From Squalus acanthias (Eukaryota), in contig CM059432.1 of the NCBI GenBank assembly GCA_030390025.1, positions 24,740,001 through 24,804,000 on the forward strand: a stretch of 64,000 nt of DNA. The letters are read 5' to 3'. Shown here piece by piece: positions 36,700 through 50,928 of the stretch. The notes beneath the pieces are model-generated. The model made no database searches, was not told where the DNA came from, and saw only the letters and a program-made list of their open reading frames with translations. Every line of letters begins with the position of its first letter. Position 1 is the stretch's first letter. A program made the position numbers and the translations under genes.

Positions 36700-37275
36700 G
36701 TGGAAAGCATCCACTTTGAAACTTGCTTTTATTGTGCGGATGAAATGATAAAAGTGAGTTACTGCTGGAAGCTAGATACTCGAAGAGTGTTCTGTGTATA
36801 TATAGAAAAAAATTATTTGAAGCATAGAGTTCATCTTTAAGTCAGACCCAGTGAGTTGCAACAGTACTTTAGTGGTTGCAGGAGAAAGATATGCTCTTAA
36901 AAGCAACTTTAGAGCAGCATTTAATTGTAGAGATCAAGCAATTTGACCTCCTGAAGGGATCAGAAAAGGTTTGTAGCTGGCGAAAGGGCTGAAAATCATC
37001 CCTTCCATATAAAAGAGTGATCCTGCTGATCTCAGCTTGCATCATAATAACATCATTTGATAAAAACACAGGAGGTGACTTTCACGAGGGTTCTCCCGAT
37101 TGTCCATCACACGTTGGCAGAAGGCCCATAGCGACTCCATAAGAACAATGCAAACACCCTTGCAGGAATTCATCCCCACACGCACATCGCTCAAGGAACA
37201 TGACTTGGTTTGATTCACAGAAGAATGGATCAACTAACTAGTTGAAAGTATTTAAAGGCAATATACAAGTGGATA
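36700..37275 (+). mobile_element. Very degenerate RTE-like LINE fragment
   Basis: Only remnants, such as NFRAAFN (compare DFxAAFD) and LVES-like segments. No intact frame. Confidence 0.4.
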
Positions 37276-37320
37276 GATTGAGGTGATGGGACGAGGTAGA
37301 ACTAGGGCCCACCCATTTAC

Positions 37321-38295
37321 ATTGGCGACATCATTCGAAAACACAGCATCATTTTCCACATGTACGCCGATGACACCCAGCTCTACCTCACTACCTCTTC
37401 TCTCAACCCCTCCACGGTCTCTAAATTGTCAGACTGCTTGTCCGACATACAGTTCTGGATGAGCAAAAATTTTCTCCATTTAAATATTGGGAAGACCGAA
37501 GCCATTGTTTTCGGTCCCCACCACAAACTCCGTTCCCTAGCCACTGACTCCATCCCGCTCCCTAACATCTGTCTGAGGCTGAACCACACTGTGAGCTTCC
37601 GACCACATATCCTCAGCATAACAAAGAGCGCCTACTTCCACCTCAGTAACATCGCCCGTCTCCACCGTTGCCTCAGCTCATCCGCTGCTGAAATCCTCAT
37701 CCATGCCTTTGTTACCTCTAGACTTGACTATTCCAACGCACTCCTGCCTGGCCTCCCACATTTCACCCTATGTAAACTTGAGGTCATCCAAAACTCGGCT
37801 GCCCGTGTCCTAACTCGTACCTAGACCCGTTCGCTCATCTCCCCTGTGCTCGCTGACCTACATTGGCTCCTGATTAAGCAGCGCCTCGATTTCAAAATTC
37901 TCATCCTTGTTTTCAAATCCCTCCATGGCCTCGCCCCTCCCTATCTCTGTAATCTCCTTCAGCCCCACAACCCCCCGAGTAATCTGCGCTCCTCTAATTC
38001 TGCCCATTTGAGCATCCCGATTATAATTGCTCAACCTTTGGTGGTCCTGCCTTCTGTTGCCTAGGCCCTAAGCTCTGGAATTACCTGCCTAAACCTCTCC
38101 GACTCACTATCTCTCTTTCCTCCTTTTAAGACGCTCCTTAAAACCTACCTCTTTGACCAAGCTTTTGGTCACCTGCCCTAATTTATCCTTATGTGGCTCG
38201 GTGTCAAATTTTTTGTCTATAATACTCCTGTGCAGCGCCTTGGGACGTTTTACTATGTTAAAGGTGCTATATAAATACGTTGTTGTTGTCGTTGT
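37321..38295 (+). mobile_element. L2 LINE 3' portion
   Basis: MYADDTQLY, LIHAFVTSRLDYSNALL and LHWL motifs. Tail AAAGGTGCTATATAAATACGTTGTTG. Confidence 0.93.
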
Positions 38296-38749
38296 AAAAG
38301 CAGGGAGTGAGATCGGATGTGCAAAAGTTCTATTTTTTCATAGAGGGTGGTTAATCAGTAAAACAGCATTCCAAAGGTGATAGGATTGACTCCTTCCAAT
38401 CCTTCAAGAAGGTGTGAAGACTCATTTATGAAAAACTATGAAATCACAGCAGGAGGAATTGGGTAACAGCCAACTGGTTTGGGACTTCTTGAGCCTTGTC
38501 TGATCGGCTTAGATGGGGTGGAGAGCAATTTTTGAGGGAGGTTTTCTCAGTTGGCCACAGTCTCCTTTTCTTGCTTCTCCCAAGAGGTTGCGGGGTAGCG
38601 GGAGAACGAAGGGTCAGTTATGGAAACCAGTGGAGTAAGAAATATGTTGAGCATAGATGGACATGAAGACTTAAGGAGAGGTATTCAGTTGTTTATATAA
38701 ATGTTAGCCTATTTCTAACACCTATTTAAATAGCAAATTTAGTACCTAT

Positions 38750-39558
38750 GCGGGGTGGGAGTGAATTTTAAACCCAAAAAACGGGTGGATTGGGGTTGGG
38801 TGGGAGGTTGAAGTGTTAAAAATCTGAATAACGACCCCATCCCATCTCTAACCCGCCCACTTCCGGTTTTAACGGAGGCGGGGAGGGCAGCCAACCCGCT
38901 CCCAGGAGGTGGGTTGACACTTTAAATGTAACAATGAGGCAGCACGCCTCATTTTGAATCTTCATTTTAAATTTAACTCTGGCTGGCCGGGTTTTGCAGG
39001 CCTCGTGAAACCCGTCAGCTAAAGGAAGGCGAGGACTGTTGGATCCAGGAAGCAAGTGCCTTTCCACTTATCTGCTGGATCCAGCGGCCCTGCCTTGCCA
39101 AGCCCCTGCAATCAGACACACCCCAACTTTTCCGATCTTCCCCTGACTTCCCACCCTGAGGCTTCCAACCCGCTCCCTCCCCCCGCCTCCCGCCACGAGG
39201 CCTCCGATCTCCAATCCCCCCTGCCCCCCCCCGCCACGAGGCCTCCGATCTCCAATCCCCCCCGCTCCGGCCTTCTGACCACACTCGGCCTCCGACTCCC
39301 CTCTCCAGCCTCCGATTTCCCCCCTCCAGCCTCCGATCCCCGGCCCCCAATTCCCCCTCCAACCTCCATCCTTCAGACCCCTTTTGATGATTTCCAGCCT
39401 TCCAAACCCCTCCAACGCACTCCAGCCTTCAGACCCCTTCAGATGATCCCGGCCTTCCAACCCCCATCCCCTTTCCTGATCCCAGCCTGTTCTCCCAGGT
39501 TTCCCGACCACATTCCAGACCCCTGCTTCCTACCTGCCTCCAAGTTAAAATTCCGGCC
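38750..39558. mobile_element. Harbinger-type MITE related to 3905-4607, with internal C-rich CCTCCGAT repeats
   Basis: Shares CCACTTCCGGTTTTAAC...CAACCCGCTC with the reverse complement of 4445-4500. Ends AAAATTCCGGCC. Confidence 0.65.
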
Positions 39559-39883
39559 TATGTGTTTACTATTCTAACTCAATGACAAGAGCAACTTACA
39601 TTTATTAGCAGCTTTTTAATGTTGAAAAATGTCCCAAAGTGCAACACAGAGGTGTAAGGAGAACAATGGATGTCAAGCCAAAGAAGGAGGTATTAGGAGT
39701 GGTGACCAAAAGCTTGGTTAAAAGTGTGATCAGAGAAGCTTGATATGAATTATTAATTTGAGGCACTGTGTGATGCTCTACATATGGAACCTAAGAACAT
39801 TAGGAACAGGAATACCCCATTCAGCCGCACAGGCCTGCTCCGCCATTCAATTAGATCATAGCTGATCTGCACCTCAACTCCAT

Positions 39884-42790
39884 GGGCTAAATTTTGCCGG
39901 TGCTGAGAGGGCGGATTCGGAGGTGGGTCCACTGTCAAAATAGAAGAGATTGCAGCGGGTAGTGAACCCGCTGTCATCCCGCCTCCACGTGAGTCCCATA
40001 GGTGTCGGATTACATAGGATTACATAGTAAATACGGCACAGAAACAGGTCATTCGGCCCAATCAGTCCATGCCAGCATTAATGCTCCACATGAGCCTCCC
40101 CCAGTCTTTCCTCATCTAAATCTATCAGCATAACCCTCTCTCCTAATCTCTTCATATTCTCCCTTATCATGCACTCCCCTGTGTAGTTAATGCATGCCTC
40201 TTTCCTTGCCCTCAATTGTTCCCTTATGGCTTTATTCATCCATGAAGTCTCATTATTGTTTAGTTTGTTCTTTCCTTTTAGCAGAATATATTTTTCCTGC
40301 ACTCTGTTGAACACCGTTTTAAATGTTTCCATTGCTGTTCTACATCGTTGTTTGCCAATATTGTTGCCCATTTTTTCCCCCCCAAGTTCTATTCTCAGCC
40401 CCTCAAAATCAGCTTTTCTCCAATCTATTACCCTGGTTTTGGTCATACTTATGTCCTTCTCAATCATCATCTTAAAGCATGTTATATTATGGTCACTATT
40501 GTCTATATGTTGCCCTACTTTTACTTCTCTTATCTACTCTGGTTCATTCCCCATTACTAGATCCAATAGCGAATCCTCCCTTGTTGGGCTTTTTACCTAT
40601 TGGGTTAGAAAGGAGTCCTGTACACATTGTAGGAACTCCATTCCCTTATCCCCTTTACCTACCTCTTCTGTCCAATTAATATTGGGGTAGTTGAAATCCC
40701 CATGATTATTATTCTATATTTTTTCCTCATTTACCTAATTTGTCTGCATATTTTTTCCTCCACCTCCCTTCCACTATTAGGTGATCTATAGACTACACCT
40801 ATTAGTGTGATTGATCCTTTATTATCTTTTATCTCTATCCATATGGATTCTATTTTTGTCTTGCTGACATCTGCATCACTTTTTTCTACTGCCATTATAA
40901 GTATCCCTAATAAGTACAGCTACTCCACCTCCCCTTTTTCCCTCCCTGTCTTTTCTAAATATGTTATACCCTGCAATGATTAATTCCCAGTCCTGATTTT
41001 TCTGTAGCCATGTCTCAGTAATCCCCACTATGTCTGGTTCCTCGCAATGCATGATTGCCTCCAGCTCCCCTGTTTTATTATGGACACTGTGTGCATTGCT
41101 GCACAGACAGTTTAACTCATATTTAATAGGATTTCCTCTCACTTCGTCGCTGACCAGGCCCAACACCAAGCGGCGGGGGAGACAATTGACATAATTAAAT
41201 GGATTGTTAACATCCAATTAAGTATTATTTTATGCCTACATTTCAATTTTACGTGCTCCCCCATGGGTTACCCGTTGCTCGGCTTAGCATGTCGTGAGTG
41301 GATTCAGCATTGAATTATCTCATGATCTGACAGCTGCTAAAGTTGTATAAAAGATCCCATGTTACAGCTGTTCACTTTCAAAGCTCAGAAACTGTTGGTT
41401 ACAGCATTTGGAAGACATATTTCGGCAGCTTGCAAGTATTTGGAGCCAACTCTCTATCCAGTGCCACCTCATTGGAACAACCTCTCTCACCATTGACAGA
41501 TCGCTTCTGTCATCTCAATCTCACCTGCCATCTATCCCAGCAGCATCGTTGCCCTTGAAAATATCTCACCTTGGTCCTCTGAATCCCACCAAGATCAGCC
41601 CCAACACCTGCATCACCGGGCACATGAGCAGCACCAACAACATCAACCTTCTCCGCAATCAACTGCTGCTGCACAGGGCATCAGTACCTGACCGCATTGC
41701 TGCCCGAGAGGCCAGGGATGGACTCACCATGGCCAGATTTACTTCACTTGATGCTGTACACCCTGGCTGCCACATGATGTGCCAGGTTGGCACCACCCCA
41801 CACTAACACCATAAAGCATCCCTACAATGCCCAAGCCATTCCTTTCACACTTGTAACCATTGCAGGGGGCAGGAGGGTGGGGGGAGCCGGGGTGCGGGTA
41901 CTGTTATGTCTCACCATTCACTACAACTCATGCTTCCAAAGGTGCACACAAATCTGTCCAAGAACGCAAAGTGCTGAAAATAAAGATTTCAATCTTTGAC
42001 AGCACCTTAACAGAAACTTCAAATGAACATTGGCTAAACTACCCAAGTGCCTACCTTTGTGTGTTGTTAGTTGGTATGCTTGCAGTAGGATGAGAGTGAG
42101 TGTGAGGGGTGACTAGCCAAATGGGGAAGTGATAATGTAGATAGAGGGATGGGTGGAGGTGCAAGTTAAGTTGGTGTAAGTAAAGATGTGCAGGAGTAGG
42201 GTAGGGAAGGCAGAGTGATGGGGATGTGATGAGTGGCACAGCAGGATGAGGTTGAGTGTGGCTTGGCAGTAACGTTTCGTGATCTACTGAGATCATTGAA
42301 AGGTTTGCGCCACTGCAGCCTGGTCCTCCTGACGACATCCCTGCTTGTGCCCTCCTGTGCAATGTGCAACCAGGCTGCGTTGATCTCCTGGGAAGGTCTC
42401 TTCCACCTATGGGAAGGGAAGAGAACCTCCCTGCGAGCTGTGACTCCCTCCATAAGCATATGGAGGGAGTCATGGGAGAGCCTAGGTGCTGCCCTGCACC
42501 TTTGTGCAGTACTCCTCAGTGTTTCAAGCATCTCAATGCTGTAGAACACAGAGCACAGAACTGTCAAAATCAATTTGGACATGGCCCCTTTAAGGAAACT
42601 GGCTGATGACGCATCATCAAATGACATCATCAGACCCGCTTCCTTTTAATTGGCCGGGAACCTCACAGGGCAGGCTTAACAAGCCCAATCAATGATAAAT
42701 CACTTGGTGAGTGCGGGCTGCAGTAGGCAGCGGGCTGGGACCGTGACACCGACCCCGGCCGACCCGGACTTGGTCGGCGAAATCATGGCC
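39884..42790 (-). mobile_element. Non-autonomous Harbinger with Myb/SANT ORF (copy 2), containing a CR1
   Basis: Ends GGGCTAAATTTT / GAAATCATGGCC with TSD CAT (39881-39883 / 42791-42793). Minus-strand Myb ORF at 42166-42630. Confidence 0.88.
40008..41135 (-). mobile_element. CR1 LINE with endonuclease region joined directly to its 3' UTR (RT deleted)
   Basis: APE motifs (NAHSV, DIVGITETW, RGGGVA). The tail matches 26320-26430, with the junction at ~40137-40140. Confidence 0.88.
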
Positions 42791-44606
42791 CATGATCCTG
42801 CCTTTGCTCCATATCCTTTGATACCCTCACCTAACAAAATCTAACTATCTCAATCTTGAAAGCTCCAATTGACCCTTTAGGGAGAGAGAGTTCCAGATTT
42901 CTACTACCCTTTGTGTTAAACAGTCCTTCCTGATTTCGCTCCTGAATGGCCGAGCTCTAATTTTAAGGTTATGTCCTCTTGTTCTTGATTCCCCCACCAG
43001 AAAAAAGTTTCTCCATATCTATCCTATCAAATCTTTTTAACATTTTACGCACCTTAATCAGTTCACTTCTTTATCTCCTATACTCAGGGGAATATGCTTT
43101 TAAGGTATAGCGCCTATGAAGGTACACTGGATGTGAGATTTTTAATTAGATACTAGTATATCACAGACACGATTATATCGATGTAGAATGCATGTGACCC
43201 ACTTTTGAAACTTTTTGGGAGAAATAGTGCGCGATATAGTGAGAGATTTAAATGATATTTTTCATCTAACCACTGCCACCAGCTCATCTCAGCCCCAGTT
43301 AAGTCGGCACAGACAGAAGATTGAACCTGGGAGCTTTCTGGCATCAGGACTGAATGAACAAAGAATTTACTGCAAGGATTTAGTTTCAAAGGGAAGTTCC
43401 AATCAATTTTACTGCACAGATTTCCTTTACCTTCAACCAAACAATCGTGCCATCTTTAACTATAATTACTGACTGCTGCTTCAGGAGAAAACCGGGGACC
43501 GTCAGTTGAATCATGCTGCAGATTGCAATAGATATTAGGCAATATGAAGTACCTTAGAATAGTAAAAAGGATGTACCATCTGCCTTCCGTGGTGATGCGG
43601 CTCTCTGCAGCAGACTGCCTTTCTCTGCCTGACTCATTCTGCAGAGTACATGGCAACACTACTTAACATCATCTAACAGGCTAAACAGAAGTTAGGTCGC
43701 TGAAGTTGGACTCAGCAACCCCAGGATAGAGAGGGGTCGGGGGAAGACTTTTGCCGACTGGTCTGACCCTGCCATGAACCCCCCCAACCAATTTTCCAGG
43801 GTCAATCACATATAGAGGGCAGGTTCCCATCTGTATCTTCATTCTTCAGAGGGAATCCATCACTGCTGTGGAGTGGAAAAGTCACGATGCTACAGCGGGG
43901 CACTTGCAGCTGGTGCAGCACCAAAAAATCCCGAGCAAAATAGATCACCAATATGAATAATTATGCAACTCACCACAAGGAAATTCTAAGTCCTCGGGGG
44001 TTAAATTTGGGAACATTGTGCCTGTTTGTCAGGTGGCCTAAGGGCCCAAAATGGCAGGAAGGAAGCGCTGTCCGCCATATTGGGAAAGGATAAAACACCA
44101 CACCAGAAGCAGGTATATGCAAATAAGTGGCCTAATACCTGCTTCAGGTCCTCACAATTTGTGCGTGAGGGAATATTGACGCGTGCGGGGGGGGGCGGGG
44201 GAGCGGAGCCCAAAAGTGAGCGCAAATCGAACCTAACCCCCTTCATCTCTTAACACTCTCAGATACATTCCAGCTCGGTCTGATGCTTTTTTTTTGCACC
44301 TGCCAATTTTCTTCTCTCACCTCCTTTCATAAAGACATAGGTAACTTCAGCAGAAGAACCGTGGAAACCCTGGCGGAATGGCGCAAACGCTGTTCACGCC
44401 ATTTTTCCAGGTTTTCTGCAGCTCTTCCCGCCGACGTTATGGTGGGCAAGCAGGAGAATCCCCTGTTGAAATGAACCCTCCTTCAATTCATTGCTAAGGT
44501 AGAATCCCAAAAGCAGCAGTCGCCGTTCTGCACCTCACTCAATGTGAAAGGGATATCACAGCTGAGCCAAAACTCTTCCCACTCAAGGTACGCACACACA
44601 CATGTT

Positions 44607-45075
44607 GAAAGAAAGACTTGCATTTACATAGCGTCTTTCATGACCTCAAGGCGTCCCAAAGCACTGTACAACCAATGACGTACTTTTGAAGTGTAGTCTC
44701 TGTTGCAAATGTAGGCAACGAGGCAGCCAATTTACGCACAGCAAGGTCCCATAAACAGCAATGAGATAATGACCAGATAATCTGTTTTTAGTGATGTTGG
44801 TTGAGGGATAAAGATTGGCCAGGACATTGGGAAGAACTCAGCTACTCTTCTTCGAATCGTGTCACGGAATGTTTTATGTCCAGCTGAGAGGGCAGGCGGG
44901 ACCTCGATTTAATGTCACACCCGAAAGACGGCACCTATGACAGTGTAGCGCTCCCTCAGTACTGCACCGGGAGTATCAGCCTGGATTTTGTGCTCAAGTC
45001 TCTGGAGTGGGACTATGAGCTCACCACCTTCTGACTCAGAGGCGAGAGTGCTACTCACTGAGCCACAGCTGACAC
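44607..45075 (-). mobile_element. Deu-SINE (SacSINE1-like), full length and uninterrupted (~470 bp)
   Basis: Complete reverse complement of head, Deu core and L2-like tail. Confidence 0.9.
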
Positions 45076-46064
45076 CTGAAGTCAATGGCGAGTAAAATCG
45101 GGCAGGATGTCAAACCGATGTTTGACTCGATCCAGTCGGCAGGGCAGGTTAGGTTAAAGTTACCCCCTGTGTACTGTCTCCAGACACGTCTTGAGCTGCC
45201 GCTGGGATAATTCGTGACCTGCCCGCCTTCAATTCCTGAGCCGACACCCAACCTGCGCATCCTAAATTCCCGGTGAGGCAACTGTCAATCAGCCCACCTT
45301 AAATCCCCATGCACTGACTCGAATTATTGGTGTGCGCAATTAACTTGTAATTTTAATGTGTAATGAGAAAAAGGGAGCAAGTAAATTTTCAATTAAAAAA
45401 ACGTACATGCACACACAAGAGGATTTATTTTGTTCAGCAGAACTTAATCCCCTGCAATGTTTTTCTCTCTCCTTCAGTCCTTGACATTTTCTAATGTGGA
45501 GCAGGGTGATTCAGACTCAGCAGTCATTAGACTATACCGACTATTGAAAGTATTTCCAAACAGCTTTCTTTTCCCCTTTTCCTTCACGGCAGGCTTAAAT
45601 ACAGGGGCCCCTGAATTTACACCTTGGGGTTTACTTTAAACAAGCTTAAAGCCTCATTTAAAATAGAAGGGTCTCAGATGAGCGTGTTAAATTGTTTTAC
45701 TCTCATGCATAATCTTGTGAATGTTCCTTTGTAAATGTTGCATTATGCATGTCCAGTGTATGGATACATCTTCTACTTATATAAAAGTCTTGCATCTAGC
45801 ACACAGCTGCCATACATCACATATCACACTCCAAAGTGTCAAAAGCGTAAAACAGGAAAGAAAGGAAGTCATTTCATGCTGATTTCTTTTTGACCTACAG
45901 CTGGAATTTTACAAGAAATAAAGGCATGAAAGATCTTGCATTTATAAATCTTTTCCCATCCTCAAGACCCCAAAACGTTGCCCAGCCAATGAATTACTGG
46001 TAGTTACTGTGGTTATGTAGCTGCCTGCTAATCTGTAAACTTCCCTCAACAATAGCATTTAACC

Positions 46065-47365
46065 TCTAATTGCAGTGTGGCGGTCATGGTACTCGATTAA
46101 CAACCCAGGGGTCGTAAGTTCAAATCCATCGCAGCAAGTTATGAAATTAAATTCAATACATTTGGTGAGTAGTGGGCTGGCATCAGAAAGAAAGTAATCA
46201 GGAGAGCTGTTGATGGTTGAAAATACCCAACTGATTCATAATGCCCTTTAGGGAAAGTAATTACCTGCCCCTACATGGTCTGGCCTAGGCATAACTCCAG
46301 TCCCACACGATGTGGTTTACTCTTAGGGGGAAAAATTCAGTCGCGCCCCATTTGGGGCGCAAATATCGTCCGGGCGCAAAAATTAGCGCCTGGCGCTAAT
46401 TATCGCCACCGACTGCAAACTTGACTTTTATCGCCCCTGGAGGTGATTGCAGCGCTAAATCAGGCGCTTCACACCTGTCTTAAGGCGCAAAGGCCGAGGA
46501 GCGAGGTGCTACCTCAGAGCGCTGGCGAAGCTCATGTAATGTCAGTCAGCAATGGAACACACACACAATGGCACGGGCCAGTTCTTAAAGGGGATGGTTT
46601 ATCTTGCATTCCATCCACATCCTGCTCATTGCAGCCTTGAATCTCGGCCTGGAGAGACCTGCACATCAAATGTGCTGGAAAGAACAATGGAGAGTACCAG
46701 GCAAAGAGCTCAGAGTGCAGCCCCCACAGTCTCTGCTAAATCGATACAATGAATGGCAAATCAAAATGAACCTGCAAAGTGTTGCTCAGTACCCAGAACT
46801 CCTTCACACAATGTTGAATCTCTCCAGAAGTCTCTCCCTCTCTCTCTCAGAATGCGTAGTTCAAAAATGGCACCAACAGTAAAAGGCAGGAAGCGGTCAC
46901 CTTTAAATAGCGCTCCCCCTTTCCCTTCATGACTGCAGAACGCTCCCCTCAACCTGTCGTTGCTAGCGTCAGGCGGTAAGGCAGGGGGCGCCACTCATTA
47001 TCCGCTCCGGGGCGATACCGGGGCGTTGCGCACTCGAGTGACGTCATGATCTGCCGGCGCAGGAGATCGCGGCGATAAAGTTTAGCGCCGCCGCAAAATG
47101 TCTAGTTAAGTTCGCGTGCGGCACAAACATCGCTGCGCCCGGGCGCTAGCTGCTTTGCGCCCCATTAGCGCCCTCTTAAGGCGCTAACGGGAGGCGCAAC
47201 CAACTGAATTTTTCCCCCTTAGTGCCTTCTAAAATGGTTCAGTAAGCTGGTCAGTTGCACAAAAAAAACCACTTTAGAAGGCTAAAGAGAGCCTACTCAG
47301 AGCAGCTAGGGCTGGGCAATAAACGTGAGCTTGCCAGCATTGCCCACATTCTGAAAGAATTTAAA
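46065..47365 (+). mobile_element. Degenerate tRNA-type SINE with a LINE-like tail, split by a MITE
   Basis: B-box-like AGTTCAAATCC near the start and tail GGGCTGGGCAATAAA...TTGCCAGC...GCCCACAT. Confidence 0.5.
46326..47218. mobile_element. PIF/Harbinger-type MITE (893 bp), copy 2 of the 6650 family
   Basis: Perfect TIR GGGGGAAAAATTCAGT, TSD TTA (46323-46325 / 47219-47221), colinear with 6650-7547. Confidence 0.92.
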
Positions 47366-49494
47366 TTAAACATCGACGAAATTCAGTGCCTCATGGCTTG
47401 AGAATGAAATGACTTTGGATCTGACCGTGCCATTACATAATAAAGTAACTTCTTTTTAAGTCCTGAAAGTTTGTACCATCTTCTTCCCCTGGGATCTCCT
47501 GGACCAAACTCATAGCACGACACCAGCAAATATTCAGCAAGATGCAACAGATAAGATTTCCCCATCACCAAGAAGATTACTTCAACAGCAGCTAGCTGTA
47601 GGATTATCAATTGTCTGTTTCAGTTTTCTTCTGGGTCAATGTGACATCTTTAGCATTATCTCACTGACAGGGCTTCCTGTTACTTAACCATTAGAGAGGT
47701 TCTGTCAGACAAGCCTAAAGGATTACATTAATGATTGTGCCATGTTGCAGTTTGGGATAGGAGCTGACATTTTCTTGCTACAAGTGAAAATTAAGGGAAG
47801 GATATAATTTCAGTGGCTTACAGCAGTACATTGCCACCAAAGGTCCTACCGAGACATTAGCTAGTTAATCAGGTCCATGTGTGATGCTCCTAGTAGTTCT
47901 CTGCTAACCTGAAATTCTATCAGCATGAGCCCTCTTGGGCACCAACTCAGTTCACACATCGAAAATGGCACCAGACACTGCAATAAAGATGCATTAAAGG
48001 AGCACAGTTTGTTTTATTAGGATAGAAAGGTTGTATGTACACTTTTAGATCTATTGACGTTCCAACTGCACTTCACAAGATGACGAACCTCTCTGAGTAG
48101 TGCAAACAACATTGGAAAACCAAATACCAATTATGAGGGATGGGCCTACTTATCTGTAATTTAGTTGAAATACACACATAGTACTGTAACATACCATTAG
48201 GAGATGGCATGACAAATGTGGGTTTGAATATAAATTGGTTAGCTTTATTTTTAAGAGAATGACAGCTCTACATTGATTAACCATTGACTGCCCCTCTCCC
48301 CCACTACCACCACCACACAGGCCATATTAAGTTTCTATTATGATATAACTGTAATGAATATGATAAACGATTTCAGTCTTGCTTTGTGACTTAGGCTAAA
48401 CTCTTTATGTAATTAGTGCGCTAGTTTTTTCTAGGCTCTCATATTGACTGGAGTTACCCTACTGGTAACAGCTTGCTACCAGTGCAGTTGCTGCACTCTA
48501 CCATGGAGGGAGGTCTCAGGTACTGACCAATTATGAGACCATTGAAAACCTGACACGAGAAATTGCAGCTCCCACCTGCAGTTCTCTTGTCTCACAATTG
48601 GTTTAATTGGTATTAGGTCGTACATTTTTTAATTGTGCAAACTAAGTGAAGAGTCGTGTCAGAACCCAGGCTAAAAAGAGTTGGAGAGAAGATGAGGTAA
48701 ACCAAGAAGTATGGTTAGGTGATGACAAGTTTGTATGTTAAAGAAGGAAGGGAAGACTGAGGAGAGTCCGGGAGTTCCACAGGTTATAGGTCCTGGGAAA
48801 GAATGTTTTGGAGTGGAAGCCGATGTGATGACCCTTGAGTTCAACACAGTGGCAGGGAGAAAGGCGAGTGTGTAAGATAACATAAAAAGCATATAACATG
48901 GAAAAAGATGTTTGGCCGACAAAGCTGGTTCCTCCTGGTGAACCATTGTAATGGACTTGCCCATATTATTTAACTCCCTGAGGGAAGTAAATAACCACAG
49001 GTAAAGCCTCTAACAAGATAACTCAAATTTCTCCCAGACCTCAAAGGTAGCTGAACAAAAACTCCAAGATATCAATTTACCAACCAACCTACATTCTTCA
49101 AGACTGAACAGTTGCATTCCACAGATACTGCTCAAGTGGCACCACTGGGCGAGAACCAGTGTAACTCATGTCGATTAATACTTTCCTTTTTAACTTCACT
49201 TGCTGTTTACCAGAACATTTCTTCCAGATCATTTTGATTTGGGATCGAATCTGACCCCTCCCATTCTCTGACTCAGGAATTGATACAATTTCCTGTAAAT
49301 GCTTCAGCCAAGCCAATTTTTAATGCACTGTGTGCAGTCTGCTCCACAGGCAGGCGAAGTCAAGACACTGGCAGCGTAGATATTTGATCATGTCTGAAAA
49401 TTGGTGCGCAGGGGGCTGCGTACGTCTGATCACATGGTCTGAGGCAGCATGTTAAATTCGTGCTGGGAGCTCGTTAAAATTCAGCCGTGCAGCC

Positions 49495-49710
49495 AGTGCT
49501 GCCCAATATTTATCCCTCAATCAACATCACTAAAACAGATTAGCTGGTCATTCTCACATTGCTGTTTGTGGAACCTTGCTGTGTGTAAATTGTTTGCCGC
49601 TTTCCCTATATTACAACAGTGACTACGCTTCAAAAGTACTCAATTGGCTGTAAAGTGCTTCGGGACATCCTGAAGCCATAAAAGGCGCTAGATAAATGCA
49701 AGTCTTTTTC
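49495..49710 (+). mobile_element. Deu-SINE 3' half
   Basis: CCAATATTTATCCCTCAA...AAAGGCGCTAGATAAATGCAAGTCTTT. Confidence 0.85.
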
Positions 49711-50928
49711 ATAATGCTTAGCTTCCTTGGGTTGCCGTGCCAAATAACCCAGAAAATAACTAACAAAGCATTCTTTCCACTTGTGGCACACTCATGACGT
49801 AAAACGCTTGATGGACAGCCTTCAGTCCCCGTTCTGTGCTGTGTAGCTTAATTGGGAACTACATCAAAGTATCTAGTGGTGCATGCATAGCAGCCCCAAG
49901 GCAAAATGTACAACTCATGCAAAAAGTGAACTGATGTTGTGGTTTTCTACCCAAGGCTATAAGTCTATTTCTGCTTTGAATACACAGTAAAGTATCAAAA
50001 ATATGAATTAACTACTTAAATAGGGGGAAGCTCAATGCTCAGCAGCTCTCGTGCTGGACCACTATATTCCTATTTAGAAACCAATCAGTCAAATCCCAGA
50101 CTTCCTTGTTATTCAAACTCAGTTCCAGTTAATGGACAAGCACTTCACCAGCTCTCGGCAAGGTCACGAGATGGAAGTATAATTACTCATTTAGGAAGGG
50201 GATGGGTAGAGTTTCCGATTTGGGTGCGATCCAGAAACTGCGCTTGAAATTGCGCTGTTTGGGTTACGCTTCAGGCTTCCGCTAATAGTCATTTGCATAA
50301 TCACAAACGTAAAATCTTCCATGAACCAGCGCAATTCGGCCGCGTACTAGAACGTAATTGTTTCTTTTTTCTCCCCCTTTCCATTAAAAAGTATTCCTTG
50401 ATGTATTTAAGGGTGGTAACCTGGTGCACTTTTATTAATACAGCTGAAAATGGGTTTCTCACCAAAGATAAGAATTTTTAATAAAAGTGTCCAGCCCGCC
50501 ACCTAAATCACTGAAAATGACTTAAAAAAAAGCCTATACTGAACCATTTAATAGTTGAATTGGTATACATTGGTTTCTTAGTATATTAAATCTTTCTTGG
50601 TATCAAAAATATGTTAAAAACATGCCTACTAGTGCCTGTGCACCTATGAAAATGAGCACAATTTGAAGAGCCTTCCTGAAACCTCGGGGCGTGGCCAATT
50701 TTGTGGGTGGGGCCTGCCTCGGGCGAATTGAATTTTGAAACAGCGTAAAAGATCGTGGAAAACATGAGTTTTGGGCATAACACAGGCATGATGGGCGAAA
50801 TGGCCTCCTTCTGTGCTGTATTGTTCTATGATTCTACAGTACCTTTTTATTTGCTTCTCGCTTGCTTCCTTGAGAGTTAGTGATGTTCAAAATAGAAACT
50901 AATTTTGCTGATTTTCTTCGAATTTATT

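Larger units (their letters stand above)
39790..43090 (-). mobile_element. CR1 3' fragment split by a Harbinger element
   Basis: The tail at 39790-39883 rejoins 42794-43090 across the CAT TSD. Confidence 0.75.

Noticed and set aside
39015..39577. Pro-rich and Gly-rich ORFs on both strands
   Set aside because: They come from low-complexity C-rich internal repeats of a MITE.
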